From Laetmonice hystrix (lineage: Eukaryota): a stretch of DNA of 64,000 nt. The notes below the pieces were generated by a model. It worked only from the letters and a program-made list of their open reading frames with translations. It had not been told where the DNA came from and did not search any database. The position numbers and the translations under genes are program-made. The stretch's first letter is position 1. Every line of letters starts with the position of its first letter. The stretch covers positions 33,606,001 through 33,670,000 of the forward strand of contig OZ249440.1 in NCBI GenBank assembly GCA_965235115.1, in the 5' to 3' direction. Below are positions 1-11,029 of the stretch, one piece after another.

Positions 1-46
1 TTTCAATGGAAAAATAAAACAGATAATTAATGGCGTTATATTATAC

Positions 47-130
47 ACTTATTAAATGATACTGGGTTTTATGCACGAATCCAACATCCTGAAGCAACTC
101 GTGCATAAAACCCAGTATCGTTCAATAAGT
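47..130. repeat. Imperfect inverted repeat (32-bp arms, 20-bp loop), probable transposon terminal hairpin
   Basis: acttattaaatgatactgggttttatgcacga (47-78) vs tcgtgcataaaacccagtatcgttcaataagt (99-130) are reverse complements with 2 mismatches. Confidence 0.8.
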
Positions 131-961
131 GATTTATTATATGGGCTTAACATGTGACATTTAAAGACACAATTATGCAAAAAAAAAAGGTAATTTACCG
201 GGGATTCGTCCACACATCCATCACGGATCAGCTGATTTCGGGAACTCTTAGTGTAGTAATCTCATTGGAATATCATGTAAACCTCCCGAGCAACTGTTAC
301 TGGGATATGATTTTTATAAATAATTCTTTTTGATTATATAGTTGATACTTTCTATATCAAACTCTTTTTGAAATTTTAGGAAGAAATGAAGAAAAAAGTC
401 AATGATATTAACTGTGGAACTATTTTATTACGGCACAATCAGCCGTATAGCCTACGTGTTATGCGTCGGCACACTGTAAACAAACAACTGGGACTGGGGT
501 GAGATACTCCCCGTGGGGACCGGGGTAAGAATGTAACAGGCGAATAAATGGGGCGACTTGTTTGCCGTGAGTCGCGACCCGTGTCGGTGGAGGAAGAGGT
601 CCTGGTACCTGAGGACGGTGAATTGCTGAGGCTTTTCACAGGTCCAACACGGTGCTTTGGCTCCTACTTCACCTAGACGGGAGGTTGGAGAGGCCCGCCT
701 TCCCCTAGGATTTTTTGTATTGAGTACCCTTTACAGTGGATTTAATTCTCTTATACAATAGGCAACATCAATGGTAACTATTTCTTCTTTATTCCTAGAA
801 GGCGGTGGCTTAGGGTCAATCAAGTAATGGCAACACCCTCTTTCGTTCCATTGCTTGAGTATACCAACCCTATACCCTTGGTTTGCAACTGCTGGTTACC
901 GCAGCTCTGCACTTCCCCTTGTTGGTGGGGAATAGGGTTGGTGAAACAATCTAACACAAAC

Positions 962-2232
962 ATGGCATCAAACAATCCCCCAAAACGAAAACTACTGAAA
1001 CTAACGGACTCTGACTCGGACCAGTCTATGGAGAATAAACACTTTACGGAATGGCCTCGTTTCATCATTGTTGAATCGGCAGAAGCTGAACGACCAATAT
1101 CTAAGCTATCCCCTTTTGCCATACATAAAGGCATATTGGGGATAGCTGGAACAGTCAAAGATTGTAAACGTTTGAGGTGTGGCCAACTGTTGGTAGAGTG
1201 TGCCACGAAGGCCCAATCTGCAAACCTGCTGAGTGCCACAGTACTCGCAGGTTACAGTATTAGGCCTCTCGTCACCGGACGCTCAACTCCAGCAAGGGTG
1301 TTATTAGAACAAACTCTCTTGACACCACAACTGAACAGGAGATCCTTGCTGGGTTGAGCTGGCAAGGTGTGTCGGAAGTCAGAAGATTGATAGTGAAACG
1401 AGATGGTAACACCATCAAGACACACACATATTTTCTGACATTCGACAGGCCCACTCTACCAGATGAACTCGAGATTGGCTTTCTAAGGGTAAAAGTCGAT
1501 CCCTATATCCCAAATCCTCTGCGTTGCTTTAAGTGCCAGAGGTTTGGGCATGGGACCGACTCATGTAGAAATGAACAAAAATGTTCTCAGTGCGCTGAAA
1601 CAGGACATGACCATACAAGCTGTCAAAAGCCTGCTAAATGTGCCAACTGCGGGCAAGGTCATTCCACTGTTTCACGCGACTGCTCCGTGTGGAAGAAGGA
1701 GAAAGAAATCCTAAAGGTTAAAACAGAGAGAAAACTTAGTTTCCCTCAGGCACGAAAGTTGGTGGAGGAATATTTGCTTCCACCAACAGTTAAAACCTAT
1801 GCTGCCGCTGTTAAGCCTACCACACGGACTTTCGCTTGTCAAACGGAGATGGCATGGGTCAAGGGGGATAAACCTGTGACCTACCCTGATCCCACTGACA
1901 GCATAAATGAACTGCCTAAGAAAGCCATCTCGAGTAAGCCACCTAAAAAATCCACCTCAACACAGAGCCAGACAACCTCGGTTCCTCCTCCACAGGCCGG
2001 GCCGAGTACGAAAGAACCATCTGCGAAAAATGATCAACTGACTACCAAAAAAGATCAACCAAAAAAGAAAATAATCACAGATCGGCTGCCCAAGGCAGCC
2101 TCCAACAACAGTGCAATAGCACTTGCAAACAAATTTCAAGATGTTGAAATGGCTGATGCTACGACTTGTCGTAGTCGCAGCCTTTCCCCCAAAATAAAAT
2201 CTAGGGGGCGTTTGCCTGTCAAACCACCGTGA
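962..2232 (+). pseudogene. LINE ORF1 nucleic-acid-binding protein with CCHC zinc knuckles, 1-nt frameshift near 1262
   Basis: MASNNPPKRK...SPFAIHKGI then YIPNPLRCFKCQRFGH..C, CSQCAETGH, CANCGQGH. Copy 2 reads attaaggcct where this copy reads attaggcct. Confidence 0.9.
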
Positions 2233-2917
2233 TGGCAGGCAAATGCTTCCTTCAATGGAACTGTCGAGGTTTTAGAGCCAATTTTAATGAGCTCAGACTT
2301 TTGGCAGAGAACCTCAATCCTCTTGCCCTTTGCCTACAAGAAACATTTCTTACTGCCCGAGACAAGGTCTCATTCAAGGGCTATCAGACTTTCTTTGGTT
2401 TCGCACCAGATGGTGACCGTGCTGCTGGCGGCACTGCCATTCTGGTTCGACAAGATCTCATCCATAGCCCTGTTACAATAGACACACCTTTACAAGCAAT
2501 AGCCATACGCCTAACTTTGCATAAAGCCATCACTATCTGCTCAATATACATTCCCCCAAACAGTAATTTGACCCACCAGGATCTTGATGATCTAGTGGGT
2601 CAACTGCCATCCCCATATCTCCTAGTAAGAGACTAACGGCCACAATCCCTTATGGGGTGGCACCACAACTGATGGTAAGGGCAAGAGGATTGAAGAGTTC
2701 ATTGACAATCATGCTCTGTGCATTTTTAATGATTGAATGATTGTTCAAACACCTACTTACATCCTGTTGTAAATCACGTTTTATTGACTGACAGAGTCCC
2801 ATGCGCGCTAACCCCCAGTGAGCCAGATGTGGTTCTACAGCTAGCAGGCACGCGCATAACAACAAACACTATGGTGTGCCATAAGGCATTTAACTGTTTA
2901 AGCTTTTGTATATTTAA

Positions 2918-3444
2918 AGGGACTCGTAAAATTCATTTTTTTCGATTTATGGCAGTCTTAGAAACATTTGATTCGCATACCTTGGACTCCCAGTAACATC
3001 ATGTGAGACTGTTATGGCCCAGCGACCAGTATTTAGTCAGGAAAATATGCCAAATCTCTCGCAAATACGTAGCTCAGAATTAACGAGCGGCCCACAGGAT
3101 ATTTGAGTTGGCCGCGGTCGGGCGATGATGACGCGTGATCACGTGACTTCCGGGTGTACATGCGGTATTTAGGTCAACGCTAGACTAGAGGGAGATTCCC
3201 TTCCACACCCGGAAGTCAAGTGATCACGCGTCATCATCGCCCGACCGCGGCCAACTCAAATATCCTGTGGGCCGCTCGCTAATTCTGAGCTACGTATTTG
3301 CGAGAGATTTGGCATATTTTCCTGACTAAATACTGGTCGCTGGGCCATAACAGTCTCACATGATGTTACTGGAAGTCCAAGGTATGCGAATCATATGTTT
3401 CTAAGACTGCCATAAATCGAAAAAAATGAATTTTACGACTCCCT
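2918..3444. mobile_element. Foldback MITE with TTAA TSD and AGGG...CCCT ends (Kolobok-like non-autonomous element)
   Basis: Arms 2918-3157 and 3205-3444 (240 bp each) are near-perfect reverse complements. TTAA flanks at 2914-2917 and 3445-3448. Removing it restores the LTR end seen at 7715-7725. Confidence 0.92.
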
Positions 3445-3541
3445 TTAACACTCCTTCTCAAAACTTAAAAACAGTTACCCAGGAAACTCTGGATGCATAC
3501 AATATACATCAGCCTTACCAACTAATATAGAGACTAACTCA

Positions 3542-6500
3542 CTAATACAGAGCATTAACTCCTAACATAGTACTCAGTTTGAGATGTTTTTCACGACTCA
3601 CACCCTTTGTTAATATATCAGCTAGCATGTTTTCGGAGCTACAATACTCCAAACACACAGTTTTCTTTTCCACCTGATCTCGAGTGAAATGATACTTGAT
3701 TGCAATGTGCTTCATTCGGCCATGAAACTGCGGGTTCTTCGCTATTTCGATTGCAGCCTGATTATCCTCAAAAATAACCATTGCACCGACCTGATTACAA
3801 CCAAAATCCTTTGACATATCTTTCAACCATACAGCCTCCTGAGTCGCACTCGCGAGGGCTACATACTCTGCCTCTGCAGTCGATAGGGCTACGCACAATT
3901 GCTTTCGGCTACTCCAGCTCACAGGAGCTCCACTCATGATGAAAACATACCCGAAAGTGGATTTTCTATCACTTTTGTCCCCAGCCCAGTCCGCGTCACA
4001 ATATCCGACACATTGCTCCTTCTCATCTCTGTTGTACATCAAACCATAATTTCCTGTTCCTTTCAGGTATCTTAGAATTCTTTTTAAAGCTGACCAATGT
4101 TCTTTTGTTGGACAGGAACAGAATCTCGCCACACTGCCTACTGCAAAAGCGATGTCTGGTCGGGACCACGTTGAGAGATACAACAAGCTCCCAACAGCTG
4201 ACTGATACAAGTCGCGATCGACCGTACAGATTCCATTATCTGCCTTCTCTAGCGTTGTACTGGTATCCACGGGTGTTGACACCGATTTTGCTTCTTCCAT
4301 GCCATACTTCTGCAGTATCTTTCTAGTATAGCCCTTTTGATTGATAGAGATACCCTGGTCACTCTGAATGAACTGCATTCCCAGGAACGATTTTAGTTCC
4401 CCCAAGTCCTTTACTTCAAAACTTTTTGCAATGCTATCCTTCACTTTTCTCATCAGCTTATCTGATTTTGTAGCAATGAACAAGTCATCAACATGGACCC
4501 CTACAATGACCATTTCTCCTTCTTTTCCAGTAAGTGTGTACATAGACATGGGTCACTCCTGGATTGAGCAAAACCCTGGCTTTTCAGGTGCTCATCAAGT
4601 TTTTCATTCCAACAGCGGGAAGACTGTTTTAATCCATAAAGACTCTTTTTTTACCTTACAAATCAGATTCTCTTTTGCTTTTACTGCATAACCTTGCAGT
4701 TGTTCCATGTATACCTCATCATTCAGAATTCCGTTTAGGAACGCTGTATCGACATCCATATGATGCACTTTGAAACCCCTTTTTGCAGCTATGGCCATTA
4801 CCATACGTACTGACTCGGGTCTAACCACCGGACTAAAAGTTTCATTGTAGTCACTACCATATCTTTGGGAATAACCTTGGGCTACAAGACGGGCCTTATA
4901 TCTCTCCACTTCACCTTCCGCATTGACCTTCACCTTGAAAACCCACCTATTACCCACAGCCTTCCGGCCTTCTGGGAGCTCAACTAGTTCCCATACATCC
5001 TCCTCTGAAGGGACTTCAACTCCTCAGCCACTGCAACTTCCCACTTTGACCTCTCTGCACTGGCCATGGCTTCTCCCAGGTTTTTCGGCTCCTTAGGCTC
5101 TGACTGAACTAAGGTCACCCACTCTCCATAGCGGCCTGGTGGGTGTCTTTCCCTGTTAGATCGTCTCAGACAATCATCTTCTACATATTCAACTACAGGT
5201 TCTTCTGTGTTTTGTTCACTTTCACCTGAACCTAGTTCTACAAACTGCTTCACCTGCTCCTTTTCTGCTTCAAAACCTTTGTTTTCCTCAACAAAAAGTA
5301 CATCTCGGCTATAAAATACCTTCCTTCGTTGGTTGTCATATAACCTGTACCCCTTCCTCAGTTCAACGTATCCCAAGAAAATACATTGTCTCGCCTTAGG
5401 ATCTAACTTATCTCTTTCATCTTTTGGAATATGAGCGAAAGCCTTACATCCAAAAACTTTCAAAAGCTTAACATTCGGCTTTTTTCCAGTCAGTTCTTCC
5501 ACAGGCGTTGTTCCTTGTAGCACGTTGGTTGGGCATCTGTTCCTAATGTAGACGGCGGTAGACAGGGCCTCTGCCCAAAACTGGTGTGGTAAGTTCGAAT
5601 CTGACAGCATGGATCTTACCATCTCCACCAAGGTTCTATTCAACCGCTCTGCACACCCATTTTGTTCGGGCGTTTTTGGAATTGTCAGCTCATGCTTTAT
5701 ACCATTAACTTTGAGAAAATTCTCAAACTGACTAGATATATACTCTTCCCCATTGTCCGTGCGGAGAGCTTTTATCTGCCTACCAGTTGCCTTCTCCACC
5801 ATGACTTTGAACTCCTTGAATTTTTCATACACCTCATCTTTTCGTTTTAAGACATATACCCAGGTATACCTCGACTTATCATCTACAAAGGTTAGGAAAT
5901 ATTGGGCACCACTTAGCGACTGCGTGCTAATCTTGCCACAGACATCACTGTGTATCAACCCTAACACCTCTTGACACCGTTTTGAATCACGAGAGGGAAA
6001 CTTACTTCGGTGATGTTTTCCAGCTGCACACGGCTCGCAGAAGCTGATTTCCTTGTTCACATCATAAGTAAAACCCTCCACCAGATTCTCTCTCGCAAGT
6101 TTTCTCAATGACTGAACATTGAGGTGGCCATAACATCCTCCTTTTTGTGATCAACCACATACACCTGTTCACACTGTGCAATGTTTAGATGGTACAAGTT
6201 TCCCACACGCCTGGCTGACGCAACCACTGTACCACTATTGCTTCTGATTTTACATCCTGAACCACTGAACTCAGTTGTCTTACCAGTTTTTCCTACTTGG
6301 GATACACTCAGTAGGTTATACGACAAATCAGGTACATACTGAACATTGGAAAGCCTACATTTCTGAACTTTACCCTTAGACAGTTCCATGTACAAAACTA
6401 CATCACCAGTTCCTACTGCACCCAAACTTCGACCATCACCAAGTGTTACTTTCACGGGACTTTTTAAACCAACAAACTTTGCAAACATTCTACGATCATT

Positions 6501-7382
6501 ACACATGTGACACGTAGCACCCGAGTCTACTAACCAAGCATTTGATCCATCAGAGTTTGTTGCCACAGCATGACAGGCAACAAGACCGATACTCTCATCA
6601 CTGGAATCATTACTTTTGGTTTCTGCTTTGTTGACTCTCTGCTGCACAGGACGTTTTGACCTTGCTTCTGCACCTTTTGCACCTGATTTTAGTTTCTGTA
6701 ATTTAGGACACTTTCTCTTTATGTGACCAAAAGCCCTACAGTGATAACACATTGGTCCCTTTTTGTCTTGAGAAAACAAAACCTTATCTGAATGTTCATC
6801 ACCGCGCTCACTCATTTTCCGCTCTTCATGCATTAGTCTTTCGACCACAACGTCCATCTTTGGCACCTCGGCATTTGCCTCAAAAACTGTGACGAGCATG
6901 TCGAACTTCTCAGAAGGACTCGCTAGTAGGTACACTACTCTATCCTCTTCACTTATCTGGTCACCAACCGCAGATAATTCTGTGAAGATTTCCGTCATTT
7001 GTTTCACATGCGCTTGCACTGACTCGCTATCTTTTAATTTCAACGTGAAAAGTTTGCGCCTCAGAGTCAGCTTGTTTGCCCAAGTCGGTTTTTGGAAGTG
7101 ATTACGCAACAAGTCCCACACTTCCTTTGGATTTTGCGGCTCCCCCAGCAGATAGAGAAGTGACGGGTCCACTGCAAGGACTACCACCGCCAGCGCTCTG
7201 TCACTCCTGGCTACAAACTTGGCTCTATCGTTAGCTCCCTCAGGTTCTAACTCAGCTCCTGTAACGATCCTCCAGAGGTTGTCCTTCATCAGTGCCATTT
7301 GACACTGAAGCTACCACGTGGGGTAATTTTTTCCATTCAGTGGAACTATAGGATTAGTACTCACGGTGCCCGATGCCGCCAT
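3542..7382 (-). pseudogene. Copia gag-pol polyprotein (gag, zinc knuckle, protease, integrase, RT, RNase H)
   Basis: Starts MAASGTVSTNPIVPLNGKNYPTW* (premature TAG). Motifs CYHCRAFGHIKRKC, WLVDSGAT, HSDVCG/RTDNGEEY/ERLNRTL, GVHVDD, YCDADW, ADILTK in Copia order PR-IN-RT-RH. Frameshifts near 6120, 4980 and 4600. Confidence 0.95.
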
Positions 7383-10300
7383 CTTGCTTGGAAAGCCTCA
7401 CGTGTCTCACACAAAAATGTCGAAAACACAATCAAGCATTAAGCTCGCTTCCCGTTCACAAACAAGATTCTTCTCAACACCAGAAGTGTCTCCGGCTTGT
7501 CACCTTCTGAGAGTCCTACTTCTCATTCGCTGTCTGGGCCCATAACCTGTTGTAAATCACGTTTTATTCTCGTTCAAAACATGTGCTTCTTGACTTACAG
7601 AGTCCCATGCGCGCTAACCCCCAGTGACCCAGATGGGGTTCTACAGCAAGCAGGCACGCGCATAACAACAAACACTATGGTGTGCCATAAGGCATTTAAC
7701 TGTTTAAGCTTTTGTATATTTAACACATCCTGGCCATGGCACCTATACAGCCATTGACCTTGCAATAGCTGAACCAGATCTGCTGCTGGATTTCTCCTGG
7801 AGGGTCTGGGATGACCTTTGCGGGAGTGACCACTTTCCCACCATTCTTACCTATGAAGGCCCCAACATTGGGGAAAAACAACAAAGGTGGCAACTTAAGA
7901 AAGCTGACTGGCACTCCTTCCAGACCCTCTGTCGGGAGGAATTCACAGCAGACACCATTAACCAATGGATGATTTTACCTTGCTTTTAATCTCCATTGCA
8001 GATAGGACAGTTCCTAAAACCTCGACAATTCCCAAACATGTCTCAAATCCATGGTTTAATGAAGACTGCAAGCAGGCAATTACAGACCGGAAGAAAGCAG
8101 AACACCTTTTCAACAGGCATCCAACTGCAGTGAACCTTACTAATTTTAAAATTATGAGAGCAAGGGCACGCCGTATCTGCAAAGAGAGTCGGAGGCAGAG
8201 CTGGAGAGACTACGTCTCCAGCCTGACCTCCCGTACTCCTATCAAAAAAGTGTGGAACATGATACGGAAACTAAAAGGCAAGGGAGGTGGTACTGGAGTC
8301 CAACACTTAAAACATCAGGACACCCTACTAACCACCACAGATGCAATAGCAAACAAACTAGCTAAAACATTTCAAACCAACTCCTCCTCCAGGAACTGCC
8401 TCCCTCAATTCGAAGCCATTCGTGCCCGAAAAGAAAAACAAAAACTAACATTCCATTCTGAAAACACAGAAGAGTACAACCAGCTCTTCTCGATGGAAGA
8501 ACTCAAATGCTCACTCAAAAAATCACATGACACTGCAGTTGGACCTGACAAAATACATTACCAATTCATAAAACATCTACCTGACACCACCCTTCGCATT
8601 CTTCTTCACATTGTCAACAATATCTGGATATCTGGTAATGTACCCCTTTCCTGGCAAGGAGCAATAATCATCCCCATCCCAAAACCAGGAAAAGACCATA
8701 GTGAAGCTAACAATTACAGACCAATAGCCTTAACAAGTTGCCTGTGCAAAACCATGGAGAGAATGATCAATGATTGCCTCGTCTGGAAGCTTGAATCTGA
8801 ACAACTCATCACTGATTTTCAGTGTGGCTTCCGACGAGGGAGAAGTACTCTGGATCATCTGATCAGACTTGAGACATACATCCGAGATGCTTTTATCAAC
8901 CGCGAACATGTTGTTGCCGTCTTTTTTGACCTTGAAAAGGCATACGACACAACATGGAAGTACGGCATTTTAAAAGATTTACATGATATGGGTTTTAGGG
9001 GGCGTTTGCCCCTTTTCATATCTCAGTTTTTATCCAACAGACATTTTCAAGTCAGAGTAGGCACGACCCTGTCTGACTTGCACAACCAAGAATTGGGTGT
9101 GCCTCAGGGAAGCATTTTGTCCGTTACCCTTTTTAGTATTAAGATCAACAACATTGTTAACTCGGTTAAAACAGGCATGCCCTGCAGCCTGTTCGTCGAT
9201 GACTTTGACGTCTGCTGCAGAGGCAAAAACATGAATGCCATTGAGAGGCAGCTCCAACTCTGTCTCAACAGAATCCACACTTGGTCGGTGGAAAATGGTT
9301 TTAAATTTTCAAAATTTAAAACGGTCTGCATGCATTTCTGCAAACTGCGTGCTTTCCACCTTGACCCCGAGTTGACAATGGATGGAGATCCTATCAAGGT
9401 CGTTAAGGAGACAAAGTTTCTGGGACTCACTTTGGACAGCAAGCTGTCTTTTATCCCTCACATTAAATCACTCAAATCCAGATGCCTTAACGCTCTGGAT
9501 GTTCTCAAAGTTTTATCTGGCACAAACTGGGGGGCAGACAGTACAGTCCTTTTACAACTGTACAGAGCTTTAATCCGGTCGAAGCTCGATTACGGTAGCA
9601 TAGTTTATGGTTCTGCTTGTAAGTCTTACATTCGGCTTTTGGACACGGTTCACCACCAGGGTTTGCGGCTTTCACTTGGGGCTTTTAGAACGTCTCCTGT
9701 TCAGAGCCTCTATGTGGAGGCCTGAGAGCCATCGCTTGACAACAGGCGTCTGAAGCTGGCTCTGCAATATGCAGTCAAGCTTGGGACAAACAGTTCAAAT
9801 CCAGCTTACAATTGCGTTTTTCACCCTCAGTTCCAACATTTATATGAAAGAAAGGAAACGTACATACGTCCTTTTGGACTGAGGGTGAAACCTCATCTAG
9901 AGGAACTGGATATTGATCTGAAGGTCCTGGGGCAGACATATTTTTGCAACATTCCTCCTTGGGACCTGGAAAAGGCTGATGTCATTCTTCAGTTGGCTCA
10001 ACTGAAGAAGTCAGAGACTCATCCCCTGACATATTTTGAACATTTTCTTGACGTTCAGGCAAGGTATCCCTCACATTATGCCTTCTATACAGATGGCTCA
10101 AAGGATGGCAGTGATGTGTCTGCGGCTGCAGTTCATGGCAAGGAAAACTTCGGCACCCGCATCTCAGGGCAAAGTTCCATCTTCTCGGCAGAGGCCCGGG
10201 CCCTGCTTCTTGCCCTTCAAAATACTGAAGTTTCTAGTGAAAAGGATTTCCTCATTTTCTCGGATTCCTTATCCTGTCTGCACGCACTTGCTAACTTGAA

Positions 10301-11029
10301 CACAGATCACCCAGTGATCGTTCAAATCTTGTCCAAGTTGGCAGTGCTTGCCAATGCAAACTTTGATAGGGTGCCTGGTCATGTTGGTATCCCGGGCAAT
10401 GAGCAAGCTGACAGAACTGCCAAGAGGGCTCTTGAAACAGACGTCGAACTGTGTCCAATCCCAGCCTCTGACCTCAGACCTACCATCTGGGCATACATTA
10501 AGAACAAATGACAGGCTGAATGGGATGAACAACCAAACAATAAATTGTATCAGATCAGTCCTGTCGTGAACCAAAGGTGTCTTCATGGCCTAACCCAACG
10601 AAGGCATGAAATTGTTTATACTCGATGCAGGACTGGTCATTCTAGATTAACCCACGTGTTTTTATTGAAGGGGGAGCCACCTCCAGAGTGTCATGGCTGT
10701 CAGTGTCCTTTGATCTTTTTAACAATGTCATACCAGAAGTGATTTTAGAGTTTTTGTCAGAAGCTGGACTTCTGACTCTTTTATAGTTCAGGCTCGTCGA
10801 TAGCCCGGTTGGGCTGACAGGATGGAGTGTGTTTTAATGATATTCCCGTTGGGGCCCGGGATAAAATAGGTTCCTTTCATTTCATGGTCTTTTAACCCTG
10901 CTTTCGCCGTGAAGATGGCCCCGGATGCCGACACGGCGGAAAACCACCACTACTCACTCACTCACTCACTCAGCCTGTCACTCTCAAGGTAGGCATCGAC
11001 CCACCCCAGTGTTCACTAATGTGTCAACC

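Larger units (their letters stand above)
2765..7725 (-). mobile_element. Full-length Ty1/Copia LTR retrotransposon, defective
   Basis: LTRs tgttg...ttaaca at 7548-7725 (5') and 2765-3450 (3', with MITE). 5-bp TSD CATCC at 2760-2764 and 7726-7730. PBS GGTTATGGGCCCAG follows the 5' LTR; PPT TTTTGAGAAGGAG precedes the 3' LTR. Confidence 0.97.
2232..10785 (+). pseudogene. LINE ORF2 (AP endonuclease, reverse transcriptase, RNase H), split by Copia at 2765-7725 and carrying stops/frameshifts
   Basis: LQWNCRG, LCLQET, SIYIPP endonuclease motifs; TYLHP|GHGTYTAIDL rejoins across the insertion. RT motifs YRPIALTS, DLEKAYD, GVPQGS, LFVDD (7965-9725). RNase H motifs YTDGSK, FSDSLS, VPGHVGIPGNEQAD (9885-10511). 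Confidence 0.92.
509..10970 (+). mobile_element. Near-full-length I/Nimb-type non-LTR retrotransposon (ORF1 gag-like; ORF2 APE-RT-RNase H-CCHC), interrupted by Copia
   Basis: 5' boundary at ccccgtggggaccgggg is shared with the second copy ending at 48765. Domain order is ORF1, endonuclease, RT, RNase H. Ends in a 3' stem-loop and (TCAC)n tail at ~10950-10970. No TSD visible. Confidence 0.93.

Noticed and set aside
827..961. Upstream extension MATPSFV... as ORF1 N-terminus
   Set aside because: The two copies differ by indels here and the segment looks like 5' UTR. The ATG at 962 (MASNNP) is preferred, though a uORF role is not excluded.
2918..3444. piggyBac assignment from the TTAA TSD
   Set aside because: The 5' terminus is AGGG rather than the CCY typical of piggyBac.
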